A program made the position numbers and the translations under genes. From Candidatus Gastranaerophilales bacterium (GTDB lineage Bacteria; Cyanobacteriota; Vampirovibrionia; Gastranaerophilales; Gastranaerophilaceae): a DNA stretch of 44,879 nucleotides. Numbering within the stretch: position 1 is the first letter of the stretch; each line of letters starts with the position of its first letter. This document shows positions 1-9,119 of the stretch, in pieces. The DNA lies in contig JAJPXE010000114.1 in NCBI GenBank assembly GCA_021205645.1, positions 1 to 44,879 on the forward strand. Reading direction: 5' to 3'. A model generated the notes under the pieces. That model did not search any database and had not been told where the DNA came from. It saw nothing but the letters and a program-made list of their open reading frames with translations.

Positions 1-71
1 CAAAAATAGTTAATATATATAAATTATAATGATTGTTGGTAGGATTTTGCGAGGGACACTTTTTAATTAAC

Positions 72-162
72 ATTACTAACTATAATTATATTCATTGGCC
101 GCAAAATTTTACAAGTGCAGGAGAAGATTTTAAATTACTTATTACTATTAACTATTATTATA
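72..162. repeat. AT-rich block with imperfect direct repeats (ATTACT..ACTAT..ATTATA motif)
   Basis: ATTACTAACTATAATTATA at 72-90 and ATTACTATTAACTATTATTATA at 141-162. Extra ATTACT at 134-139. TAGTTAAT at 7-14 is the inverse of ATTAACTA at 147-154. No credible ORF. Confidence 0.35.
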
Positions 163-486
163 AAGAACTATATGTTAAAGAGTAAGGAGTTGAGGGCAGA
201 AAAACCGAAGGGTTGAATTTGGCCGGAAGGAGTGGTAGGATAAAAATGAATGGTGCCGCCGGTGCATTTCTCCTATTTTTGATTCTGGCCTCAAAATATC
301 GAGTAAAAAGCCCCTTCTCGGTGGGCAAACTACCCTTGCCTATGAAACTACCCCTTTTGAGAGTTTGGTCTTAAAATCCGGTAAGTTGTTCGGCAAAAAC
401 GGTTTAAAATCGAATTTGTCAAATTTGCACAATTATTGGCCCTTTTGGAGTTGTTTTATTTGTTACCGAACAGGCAACCGGTTAGA

Positions 487-515
487 TTGACATTCCGAAA
501 ATGCTGTGTTATACT
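487..515 (+). promoter_or_regulatory. sigma-70-type promoter for the first early gene
   Basis: TTGACA (487-492), 17-nt spacer, TATACT (510-515) with a TGt extended -10. Lies about 55 nt upstream of the SD/ATG at 570. Confidence 0.6.
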
Positions 516-569
516 TGAGAAAATTGCAAATTTGGGGGTTGCGCCCGTGGGTAAGGAGGTGAGTCGTGA

Positions 570-890
570 ATGAGTTTTAGTCTTAGTAAGGTCGAGCAGG
601 AAACTATCATCTGCTACAACGAGGCTGAGAAAACAGCCAGCGTGTACACACATAATGGGCCGCTGCGCAAAAAATTGGAACGGCTGGCCCAGGAAAGGCC
701 GGATGAGTGCCGCCTAGAGCGGACAAGTCATGAAGGACAAGCGGTAGATTATATCGTGCCCAAAAAATGGGTCAAGGTGAGTGCGGGCCGACAGTGGACA
801 GAGGAACAGAGACAAGTCGCTGCGGAGCATGGCCGTAATTTTGGTTTTCAGCCGAAAAAGACGGATAGTTTGCCGGAGAATGAAGGGTAA
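570..890 (+). CDS. hypothetical early protein (106 aa)
   Basis: ATG preceded by a TAAGGAGGTGA SD. No recognisable motif. Confidence 0.6.
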   Translation: MSFSLSKVEQETIICYNEAEKTASVYTHNGPLRKKLERLAQERPDECRLERTSHEGQAVDYIVPKKWVKVSAGRQWTEEQRQVAAEHGRNFGFQPKKTDSLPENEG

Positions 891-1089
891 GCTGCCCTTG
901 GGGGTATAACTTCCCACCTAAGTTGGAAAAATTTTTTGAGACGGATAAAAAGCCGTGTCGAGTGGACTGGTAGGCCAGTTCATTTATTTAAAGGGCTTAA
1001 CAGGCAATTCAGACAGTACCAAGAAAAAATAAGCGTTATGTATTTGGCCGCCAGGTCGGGCAAGTAAAACAAAAAAGGAGCTAGAAAAT

Positions 1090-2010
1090 ATGGATGTAAT
1101 GGCAATGTCAATTTTTGAGAATGAGCAGTTTGGTCAGGTGCGCGGCATGATGATTGATGATGAGCCGTGGTTTGTTGGAAAAGATGTGGCGAGTGCGTTG
1201 GGGTATGGGAATACGAGGCAAGCAATTGCAACGAATGTGGACAAAGAAGATAGGGGCGTCCACTCTGTGGACTCCCCCTCTGGAGTACAGGAAATGACTA
1301 TCATCAACGAGTCTGGTATGTATTCTCTCATATTTGGAAGCAAGCTTGAAAAGGCGAAGGAATTTAAGCATTGGGTGACTTCTGAGGTACTACCTTCTAT
1401 TCGCAAGGATGGGGGATATATAAGGCCAGAAAAACGAGAAGAGAAGGAGAAGTCTGCTGAAGATTATTTTTTCGAGGTTGTTCAATCCGCCATGTCTATG
1501 AATAGGCTGATGGTTGAGACGCAAGAGGTTACGGAGAACGTGCGTTTGGCTATGTCTAGCAATCTCGATTTCGCCAAATTTATATATTCGACATTGGGGC
1601 ACGAGGATAAGGTGGTGCCGATGGCGGAATTGTCGAAGGAGCCTGCTTCAGTCCCTGCCCAAATTTTAACTCCTTACACAACCACCGGAGACGCCTATCG
1701 TGATGCTCTTGTAAATGCGGCTAAAAAGAAGTGGACTACCACTGATATTGCGAAAGATTACACTATGAGTCCAAGGGATTTCAACGCTATGCTTCGTGGA
1801 TACGGCATTCAACACAAAGAGGGCAAAGTCTGGCGGTTGAATGACGAATATAAGGGAAAGGGTTATGACGCATATGCAGATGTGTGGGCCGAGGGATTTG
1901 ACCCGTCCATTATGTTCTGGACGAAAGAGGGGCGGCTGTTTTTGTATGATTATTTGAAGGAACGCGGTAAGCAGCCTACATCTGGCCCCATTGTAGAGGA
2001 TGTGGCGTAA
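1090..2010 (+). CDS. phage antirepressor, Bro-N domain plus KilAC/ANT-type C-terminal domain
   Basis: N-terminus FENEQFGQVRGMMIDDEPWFVGKDVASALGY...ESGMYSLIFGSKLEKAKEFKHWVTSEVLPSIRKDGGY matches the Bro-N signature. C-terminus WTTTDIAKDYTMSPRDFNAMLRGYGIQ is KilAC-like. AAAGGAG SD. Confidence 0.85.
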   Translation: MDVMAMSIFENEQFGQVRGMMIDDEPWFVGKDVASALGYGNTRQAIATNVDKEDRGVHSVDSPSGVQEMTIINESGMYSLIFGSKLEKAKEFKHWVTSEVLPSIRKDGGYIRPEKREEKEKSAEDYFFEVVQSAMSMNRLMVETQEVTENVRLAMSSNLDFAKFIYSTLGHEDKVVPMAELSKEPASVPAQILTPYTTTGDAYRDALVNAAKKKWTTTDIAKDYTMSPRDFNAMLRGYGIQHKEGKVWRLNDEYKGKGYDAYADVWAEGFDPSIMFWTKEGRLFLYDYLKERGKQPTSGPIVEDVA

Positions 2011-2055
2011 TGGTATTGCTTTGATGGGTAATTTAGTAAAGAAAGGAATCTAAAA

Positions 2056-2334
2056 ATGAATATTTACAAAACTTCTATTAATAGTCCTACTCTCCGCGAG
2101 GTTCTTTCTATTGATTTTGGAGAGACAACCACTGTTTATGTGCATGACGACGAGATTGATTTTGAGAGTGGAAATGAGGCGCTGTTTTCGGTTGATTCTC
2201 CCTGCTGCGCCCCAGAGAAATTTTTGAGAGAAGAATATCTTAATGCAAAGATTGTTGCTATTGCGGGGAGTACGCCATATGTTTATGTATTAGTGGATGT
2301 GTTATGGGGGGGCGTAATATGGAAGAATCTTTAA
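2056..2334 (+). CDS. hypothetical protein (92 aa)
   Basis: ORF with AAAGGAA SD-like sequence upstream. No motif. Confidence 0.5.
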   Translation: MNIYKTSINSPTLREVLSIDFGETTTVYVHDDEIDFESGNEALFSVDSPCCAPEKFLREEYLNAKIVAIAGSTPYVYVLVDVLWGGVIWKNL

Positions 2335-2540
2335 AACCCTGTCCATTTTGTGGCAAAGACAGGGTTGGGGTAGATGCAGCACATAGTGGAAATTATCTTA
2401 AAATTGCGGTTCAATGCTACGGGTGTGGCGCAAAGACCTCCACGGCATGGGTTCCTTTGGATGGGCACATAGATTTGATAGGTGTTATCAATGAGAACGT
2501 ACATAATGTGACAGGGCTATGGAATAGACGGGATGGATAG
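2319..2540 (+). CDS. Lar-family (restriction-alleviation-like) zinc-ribbon protein
   Basis: LKPCPFCG...CYGCGAKT...GLWNRR pattern is typical of Lar-like proteins. Start could instead be the ATG at 2304. Confidence 0.6.
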   Translation: MEESLKPCPFCGKDRVGVDAAHSGNYLKIAVQCYGCGAKTSTAWVPLDGHIDLIGVINENVHNVTGLWNRRDG

Positions 2541-2829
2541 TAAGTCTACTCCATTATTTGGCCCGCACTATGTACAGGGCTACACAGCCACGCTTTTAGA
2601 CATTCAGCGAATTTTGGAGGACAACAGTCTTCGAGATGATATGAAGCGGCACAAGATGCCCTTCAATCAGAGAAATATGGCTGCGCTACTTCAGTGTGTG
2701 ATAGATAATCGTGTGATGCTGCGCGAAGACCCAGACGCATTTGTGCGGTGTACAAAGGATAAGGAGTTCGAGATGGTCAGTGGGAGCTGGCGGCATCCGG
2801 TTTCGCAGAAAGTGAGGGCAAGGATATGA
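2533..2829 (+). CDS. hypothetical protein (98 aa)
   Basis: ORF overlaps the upstream stop by 8 nt and the downstream start by 4 nt (ATGA), so translational coupling is likely. Confidence 0.55.
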   Translation: MDSKSTPLFGPHYVQGYTATLLDIQRILEDNSLRDDMKRHKMPFNQRNMAALLQCVIDNRVMLREDPDAFVRCTKDKEFEMVSGSWRHPVSQKVRARI

Positions 2830-3275
2830 GCGACAACAAGAAACCCAGGATTTGTGAAGTGCTTGGGGTAGAAGTTCTGGAAAGGTTTAAATTCTCGTCA
2901 ACTGGATGGACGTTCGTGGTGGATGAGAACGGTAATATGCAGAGATATGACGATGGCGATTTACTTCCTTTGTGTAGCACTTTGAGCGTGTCAATCTTAA
3001 TTGATGTCATCAATGGAGCGTTGCCAGTTATTCATCTTCCACGCTGGACAGCAGAAGATGTCGAGGACGCAAAAGCGCTGCGCCGGATTTGGCCGAATGC
3101 TACAAAAGTCAGACGAGAGATAGGGAATTGGCTTCTGACGATTTATCAAGAAGAAGATGCGTGGTTTGTTACGAACAGCAGGGCGTTTTCTTCTTTGAAG
3201 CCTGACGAAACGGTTATGCTTGATGAAATTTTAGCATCGGAGGATGAGCTTATTTTTCCAGGGATGACTATGTGA
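2826..3275 (+). CDS. hypothetical protein (149 aa)
   Basis: ATGA overlap with the upstream gene and GTGA overlap with the downstream gene. Confidence 0.55.
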   Translation: MSDNKKPRICEVLGVEVLERFKFSSTGWTFVVDENGNMQRYDDGDLLPLCSTLSVSILIDVINGALPVIHLPRWTAEDVEDAKALRRIWPNATKVRREIGNWLLTIYQEEDAWFVTNSRAFSSLKPDETVMLDEILASEDELIFPGMTM

Positions 3276-3586
3276 TTGAGCATAGTGGAAACGTTCTGGA
3301 GACTTTGGGTGTAAAACTATTATTGGAGAGTGTGAGTAATTGTTGTGAATCAAGAAAAACAGAAACGCTGCCAATGGAACAGATGGTAGTAGATTTTTGC
3401 CAGGTTGTTAATAGTTGCCAAGAGTGCCCGTTTGATGCCGTTGTGCCAAATACTCATAGTTGTTGCAGCTATGCGGTGGAAAAGCCAGATGTAGCTATTC
3501 AGATAATGACTGCAACAGGGCATCTTATAGTTAGGGAGGACGGCACCTATATAGTTAGGGGGGATGGTACCTATGAAACGAGATGA
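3272..3586 (+). CDS. hypothetical Cys-rich protein (104 aa)
   Basis: GTG start overlapping the previous stop. Several Cys pairs (NCCES, SCQEC, HSCCS). Confidence 0.45.
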   Translation: MIEHSGNVLETLGVKLLLESVSNCCESRKTETLPMEQMVVDFCQVVNSCQECPFDAVVPNTHSCCSYAVEKPDVAIQIMTATGHLIVREDGTYIVRGDGTYETR

Positions 3587-4157
3587 ATGCCTGGACAGGG
3601 CCATGAAAAGTGTTTGCGGCGGGCGCGAGTTAGATTATGGCTCGCCTGAAAACAATTTTGCTGTGATTGCACAGCTTTGGGATGTGTATTTTCAGGCTAA
3701 ATGTATGAGTGATGTCTATGTGGAAATTGACTCAGATGATGTAGCCAACATGATGGTGCTGTTTAAGTTGGGGCGCGTTATATCTGGAACGGCCACCTCG
3801 GACAGCTATGTTGATATGGCCGGGTATGCTGCTTGCGCGTGTGAGCTGGCAACTTATGGAGAAAATCAGCCGGAAAAGTCTGCCAAAGAAGCGGGGTATC
3901 AGCCACATCCCATTATCGACCCGATTGACCATACGATTCAGTATAAGGGGTGGACGGGGGTTTATGATTACTCAAAAGAAGACACCATGTATGTTGGTAA
4001 GCTGTTAAGTGCGAAGGCCGGAGATTGCGTCCATTTTCATGGTTCAACTTTAAAGGAGCTTGCAGAGCATTTTGTGTCGGCCATTGAGGAATATCTTGAG
4101 GCGCGGGAAATACTGGACGGCAAAAAGAAGGACGTAAACAATGTTGTTTCAGATTAA
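3564..4157 (+). CDS. DUF6378-like domain fused to a HicB-like antitoxin-fold domain
   Basis: N-terminal half: R.LDYGSPENNFAVIAQLW...DVANMMVLFKLGRV...DSYVDMAGYAA (phage DUF6378 signature). C-terminal half: YKGWTGVYDYSKEDTMYVGKLL...VHFHGSTLKELAEHFVSAIEEYLE (HicB-like pattern). Start 3564 or 3573. Confidence 0.6.
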   Translation: MVPMKRDECLDRAMKSVCGGRELDYGSPENNFAVIAQLWDVYFQAKCMSDVYVEIDSDDVANMMVLFKLGRVISGTATSDSYVDMAGYAACACELATYGENQPEKSAKEAGYQPHPIIDPIDHTIQYKGWTGVYDYSKEDTMYVGKLLSAKAGDCVHFHGSTLKELAEHFVSAIEEYLEAREILDGKKKDVNNVVSD

Positions 4158-4314
4158 ACGTGTTGCAGATGGTAAAGTGGTTATGTGGACAGAGAATGAA
4201 GATTTCATTTATGATGCAGAAATTATCAAAGAAATGAATCGCGCAGGTTATATGGCGTATCTGGATGGTAAAATTTATCGTCCAGGACGTAAAAATAAAA
4301 AGGAGGAAGTTTGA
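4141..4314 (+). CDS. small hypothetical protein (57 aa, below ORF-track cutoff)
   Basis: ATG at 4141 overlaps the end of the previous gene. Translates MLFQIKRVADGKVVMWTENEDF...YRPGRKNKKEEV with no stops. Fills an otherwise empty gap. Confidence 0.4.
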   Translation: MLFQIKRVADGKVVMWTENEDFIYDAEIIKEMNRAGYMAYLDGKIYRPGRKNKKEEV

Positions 4315-4316
4315 TT

Positions 4317-4484
4317 GTGAAGAATTTGTTTCACAGGGAAGGTTTTTCAATTTTGGTATTTGGTCTTAATGCGATTGTTGCTGCGGTGGCGGTTTGCAGT
4401 GGTGAAAAGACTTTGGCCCTTTGTGGCATTGCGAATATGCTGTTTTGGGCTGCTGATACCTTGCATTGGGTGAATGGAGAGTGA
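4317..4484 (+). CDS. small hydrophobic protein (55 aa)
   Basis: GTG start 8 nt after an AAGGAGGAAG SD. Two hydrophobic stretches (FSILVFGLNAIVAAVAV, LALCGIANMLFWAA). Confidence 0.4.
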   Translation: MKNLFHREGFSILVFGLNAIVAAVAVCSGEKTLALCGIANMLFWAADTLHWVNGE

Positions 4485-4489
4485 ATGCT

Positions 4490-4915
4490 GTGAAGGTTAT
4501 GTTAGATGAGGGGGCATTTTTGCCCACAAAGGCGCATGAGAATGACGCAGGTTGGGATTTGTATTCAAAAGAAGATGGAGATGTTCGTCTTTGGAACGGG
4601 TCGTCTTATGTGTTTGATACAGGAGTTCATATTCAGATTCCACCTGGGTTTGTTGGCATGATTAAAAGTCGCAGTGGGATGAACTTTAATTATGGTCTTC
4701 AGGCTGAAGGAGTGGTGGATGCGGATTATTTGGGCAGCATTAAAGTGAAGTTGTATTGTAATGATGTTGGAGAGAACTGCTGTGCGGTTGTTGCTCCTGG
4801 AGATAAAATTGCCCAGCTTGTCGTGATGCCGATTGCTGCCTTCGGGCTTGAACCCGTAGACAGTCTTGAGCCAACTGAGCGTGGCAGCAACGGTTTTGGG
4901 TCTTCAGGGCGGTAA
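4490..4915 (+). CDS. dut: dUTP diphosphatase
   Basis: All five dUTPase motifs are present: AGWDLYS, KSRSGM, GVVDADYLGSIKV, GDKIAQLVV, RGSNGFGSSG. Start uncertain (GTG 4490, TTG 4466 or ATG 4499). Confidence 0.9.
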   Translation: MKVMLDEGAFLPTKAHENDAGWDLYSKEDGDVRLWNGSSYVFDTGVHIQIPPGFVGMIKSRSGMNFNYGLQAEGVVDADYLGSIKVKLYCNDVGENCCAVVAPGDKIAQLVVMPIAAFGLEPVDSLEPTERGSNGFGSSGR

Positions 4916-4948
4916 AATGCCGCTCACCGAACGAGGTGGTGGTGATTA

Positions 4949-6916
4949 TTGGCTAAACAAAAGAAGTTACAGCAGTACATTTTTAAGATAAACTCAACTT
5001 TGCTGGCTAGAAACAATTGGGACTATTATATCTCGTTGGAACGAGCCAGAAAAATACCCGGCATGGTTGTGTCGCTGGCAGATTCTCAAATACTCTCGTG
5101 GATAAATGAGCTGAATGGTATGGAAGATTATGACGAGAAAGCCAGAGAGGTAAAGGCGCAGATTCAGAGAATTAAGCGCCAGCCCAGCAGCCCAGAGAAT
5201 AAAATTAAGATTTCAAGTCTATATAAGCAGCTATATCAACTTCAGTTTAAAGAAGACTATGTTTGTGTGGTTATGGACAAGAAATCTGATTATAAACGAG
5301 CAAATCAGGGGTTTAAAATCAACGGGATTGAGTATAAACGGCTGATTTGTACCACAAATGGGGTGAAAACCTCCTCCGTGGTATATGTGAGTGTGCGGCT
5401 GCACCAGATTTTACGGGATAGGATTGACAATGGCAGAAATATGGAAACGCCACTCGTCCCCGCAAAACTGGGGGCTTACGAGTCCCTGGTTGCCAGCGCT
5501 TCACTCCCCGTGAGTTGGCCTAGACCACCGGATTCTAAAATTCCGGGCGGCATTATTGTGGTGAAGGATTGTGAAACGCATTTTAAAGCGGATTTAATAA
5601 ATATTGATACGAGCAAAGATGGGGCGGAGCCAACAGTTGAGTTTGCGCCTAATCAAGACGTGAAGAACAACTGCTCGGATGGCTGCTCTATGATGCTGCC
5701 GTCACTGTCGAGAAGATGGAACGGCGAGCTGAATGGGGATTTTGAGGATACACTCAGCGGGTGTAATTTACGATGCGCCTGGACAAAGGGTATGACATTC
5801 ACGTTTGATTTTATTGAGTTCGCAGAAAAAATCGTTGGAGCATCTGATGAATGCCCTGAAAAATATCTGATTACAGATGTTTGGGGGCAGCAGAGAGATA
5901 TTCGGGATGCTGAGTTGATTTTGACTGAGAGCCAGTTGAAGTTGTGGGCTTGCTATGACTCGTGGGAAGATTATTTTGAGAAATGCCTGAAGAATGGGTA
6001 TACGATACGGGTAGTTAAGACGGCCCCGCATGAGTTAGATGATGTGAGACAGACTAATTACCAATATTTGCAAGTTTTTGAACTTTCTGATGACGATATT
6101 GAAGATTTAATAGCCCCAACTGTAAATGAGATTAAGGACATTACGGGGTTAGACCCACAAAAGAGCATTGTTTATTTATGCGGGAAGGGGTTAAATGAGA
6201 AGACTGTTGCGTATGCAGACCCGTGTGCCAGGGCGATTATGGTAGATGAAAATGCGATAAATGATGCCTATATTCGCTCGAAAATCAGCAAAATGATAAG
6301 CACTCGGATACGAGAGGCTAAGATTGGGGTTCTTGATGTACATAGTAATTTTCAGATTATTTCTGGAGATTTATATGCGCTTTGCGAGAGTATGTTTGGG
6401 CTTGAGGTGTATGGGCTGCTGAAGGCTGGCGAAATTTATAGCAAGTATTGGCGAGATGAAAATGTAGAAGGCGTTTTGTGTTTTAGATCGCCCATGAGCA
6501 ATCGTTGGTCGGTGGTTCGGCAGAATATTTCTTATGATGATGAGGCTGCTTATTGGTTTAGGTATATAGATTGCTGTATGGTTGTAAATGGTTGGGATAT
6601 GATGCTTTCAAGTCTCAACGGGGCTGATATGGACGGCGATATTATATATTCAACTAATAATTTAGTTTTGATGAATAATCAAGAAAATCTTCCTCCGTTG
6701 AGTTGTGCGCAAAGTGCAGCTAAAAAAGTGATGGTTGCAGAAGATGATGTAGTTGAATCTAATTTAAATGGTTTCGGCAGTAAAATCGGACAAATTACGA
6801 ACAGAATTACGGCTATTACGAGTTTAATGGCGAATTATGAGCCAGGGAGCTTGGAATATGAAACGCTGGAGAGGAGAACCCAAATGGGGCAAAAAATTCA
6901 GCAGGATGAAATTGAT
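4949..6916 (+). CDS. YonO-like single-subunit two-barrel RNA polymerase, exon 1
   Basis: CFRSPMSNRWSVV...(39 aa)...LNGADMDGDIIYS matches the R.P...(spacer)...DxDGD catalytic-loop pattern of YonO and cellular RdRP-type polymerases. TTG start after GAGGTGGTG. The ORF runs on into the intron to a stop at 6976. Confidence 0.65.
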
Positions 6917-7254
6917 TATTATGGTCACTTTGGGCGGCAACGTTCATTGAAAAATGTGGTGAACCTACAGATGTAGGGTGTGGATTCAACGGGAAGTAGC
7001 ACTAGGAAATGAGTGTGAGTGAATCTGCTAACTGGGGACAGTTAAGTTTTGTATAGCAAAATATGCCAATCCAGTGCCAATAAATGGGTCAAACGACTAT
7101 CCCATAGGCTGTGAAATTCGGCAACAGGAGTAGGGGCGTGGTGAAATTCCACGCTGGGTGAGAACCCCTCAAATCGAAGCGCCACACTCCGCTTTTGCGG
7201 ATGAAGATATAGTCTATCCCCCTAAAAAGTATCGGGAAACCGAGGGTATTAGAG
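6917..7254 (+). mobile_element. group I intron (ORF-less) in the RNA polymerase gene
   Basis: R-like element GGTCAAACGACTATCCC (P7 half GACTAT at 7095-7100). S-like element AAGATATAGTCT (ATAGTC at 7209-7214). Frame shifts between flanking ORFs. Proposed P1 is TGAT/GTCA with U at -1 (6916) and omega-G at 7254. Boundaries are good to a few nt at best. Confidence 0.65.
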
Positions 7255-8079
7255 AAAGCCAAGGGAATTATCCCAACACCAATGCCGGTTGAGTGGTACG
7301 TTTACAGTGCAAACCGGATAAAACCGGATGATTCAGAGGAAGAAAAGGAGAAAAAACGATTAAATCAACGTATTTGTGCGCATAAAAAGCCATATTTCTT
7401 CGGCTACAATTATCAGTCGCTCAAGCGCGAATATGACCAATGCGTGGCCGAAATGGATGCAAAATTACAAAATTTATATCAAAAAACGCTACGAGAGCTG
7501 CAAAATTCGGACAATTTAACGCCCGACGAAGAAAAGGCGTTAAGTGTATGCCAGCGACAGTTGCCGCTTGACTGTTCGCCCTCAACAATGAATCGGATTT
7601 GCTGGGCGATTGAGCGTCATTTCGACAAAACAGAACTGCCGTCAGCCAGCGAGTTTGATTATTCCATATATAAGAGCGGATGTGAATACAGTGCTGAGGA
7701 CGCCGCCAGCATTAAACAGGTATGCGCAGAGTATCAAAAAAGTATTAAGTTAGCCCAAAATGAGGCGTCTGGCAATGCAAATGTCGAGCCAATTGATAAG
7801 CGGCAGCTTTTACAGTGTTTGCAGGAAAAATGCGAAAGCATCTGCCCAAACAGCACAGAGTTGTGTGAAATTTTGCTTGATTTATGTTATTCAGATGGAG
7901 CCAGCAAGGGCATTGTGTGGGAGTTGTGCGGAGATGACATAGTAGAGAACCTATTGCGGAAGACCAATTACAAAATAACATACCCAGAACGTGTAAAGTC
8001 TGGTGGGTTCTGGTGCTGCGGCGCACAATTCATTTCAAAGACTATAACACTTGATGAGGAGGTGTGTTATTTTGATTGA
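7255..8079 (+). CDS. YonO-like RNA polymerase, exon 2
   Basis: Frame is open only from 7213, right after the S element, and has no SD or start of its own before M at 7282. The junction would read ...QQDEID|KAKGIIPTPMPVEW. Confidence 0.6.
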   Translation, partial: KAKGIIPTPMPVEWYVYSANRIKPDDSEEEKEKKRLNQRICAHKKPYFFGYNYQSLKREYDQCVAEMDAKLQNLYQKTLRELQNSDNLTPDEEKALSVCQRQLPLDCSPSTMNRICWAIERHFDKTELPSASEFDYSIYKSGCEYSAEDAASIKQVCAEYQKSIKLAQNEASGNANVEPIDKRQLLQCLQEKCESICPNSTELCEILLDLCYSDGASKGIVWELCGDDIVENLLRKTNYKITYPERVKSGGFWCCGAQFISKTITLDEEVCYFD

Positions 8080-8965
8080 GTTTAAGTTTAACGAAGAATT
8101 TAAAATCAGGACTGCCGTAGAGTTGAAGAAACTGAATGGTGTTCCTGTTAGAAAGGCGATTTGGATGCTTGCGCTCTATTATACCAAGTTGTGCGGGCAT
8201 AAAAAATCAGAGGTCTACAAGGATATTGTTTGTTACATTGGCGAGAACCTACCAGGAGTGTATTATGAGCAATATATTTCGGATATTGAGCGGTGCGTCA
8301 GGAGAGCTGTTAAATATGAGTTGAAACAAGTGGATAAGATTCAGATTCGCCAGTCGGAGATGGATATTATTCAGGGGTACTCTGACAACAGGAAGCAGAA
8401 GATTACTTTTGTGCTGATTGCGTTGGCAAAGTATTTTAATGCCCTGTATAAAAATGACGCCAACTGTCTGTGGGCGAAGACCAGCGAAATCTTTAAGATG
8501 GCCCGTGTGTCTATTGCCGCCAAGGAACGGGACTTGTTTTTGGGGTATGCTTATCAGGATGGAATTTTGATTCCAAATTTGAGCATCGGGCAGAATTTGA
8601 TGATAGTTGGCGTTGTTTCTAATGCTGAGGATGACCCAGTGGTATTAGAACTAGACGGGGGCGATTATCTCGACTTGGCCTATTCCTATTTACATTATAA
8701 AACGGGGCATGGATATAAGCGGTGTCTTGAGTGTGGGCGTTGGTTTAAAATCATTAAGAAGCAGCCGGGGCGAAAGTATTGCTTTGAGCATACTCGTAAG
8801 AAGGAACTGATGGGGACGAAGGAGCGCATTTGTGTAGATTGTGGAGAGAAATTCGTGGTTAGCGCCAAGGATAATCACTCTAAATGGTGCAGTGAATGCG
8901 TAGAAAAGCATAAAGTGAATTTGCCCGAAAAGTTCAAAAATGAACAAACTGTCAAAAAATCTTGA
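8072..8965 (+). CDS. hypothetical protein with C-terminal multi-Cys zinc-ribbon cluster
   Basis: TTG at 8072 lies 9 nt after a GAGGAGG SD and overlaps the RNAP stop. C-terminus has CLECG...CFEH...CVDCG...CSEC. Confidence 0.55.
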   Translation: MIEFKFNEEFKIRTAVELKKLNGVPVRKAIWMLALYYTKLCGHKKSEVYKDIVCYIGENLPGVYYEQYISDIERCVRRAVKYELKQVDKIQIRQSEMDIIQGYSDNRKQKITFVLIALAKYFNALYKNDANCLWAKTSEIFKMARVSIAAKERDLFLGYAYQDGILIPNLSIGQNLMIVGVVSNAEDDPVVLELDGGDYLDLAYSYLHYKTGHGYKRCLECGRWFKIIKKQPGRKYCFEHTRKKELMGTKERICVDCGEKFVVSAKDNHSKWCSECVEKHKVNLPEKFKNEQTVKKS

Positions 8966-9119
8966 ACAGATTATGAACTGTCAAAGCTCAACATTTTGCT
9001 TTAAAAAATCGAGTGGGCAAAAACGAAGCCCAAATCTGTATATATGAGAGGAAAAAAAGTCTGGAACAAAAAACTTTCTCAAAAAGTTATCAAATTTAGA
9101 AAAACATGGAGGACGAAAA

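Noticed and set aside
246-374. 42-aa hydrophobic ORF (MNGAAGAFLLFLILASKY...) downstream of AGGAG at about 228
   Set aside because: The SD spacing is poor and there is no promoter or conservation evidence. It is too short to support from sequence alone.
6917-6976. C-terminal tails of ORFs 4949-6976, 21489-21917, 28077-32510 and 33084-33467 as genuine coding sequence
   Set aside because: Each tail changes abruptly to atypical composition right where intron-like sequence begins. Each is followed by a downstream frame that continues the protein family.
7282-8079. ORFs 7282-8079, 22089-22274 and 33084-33467 as stand-alone genes
   Set aside because: None has an SD or a sensible N-terminus. All sit directly after group I S/P9 regions and read as continuations of the upstream protein.
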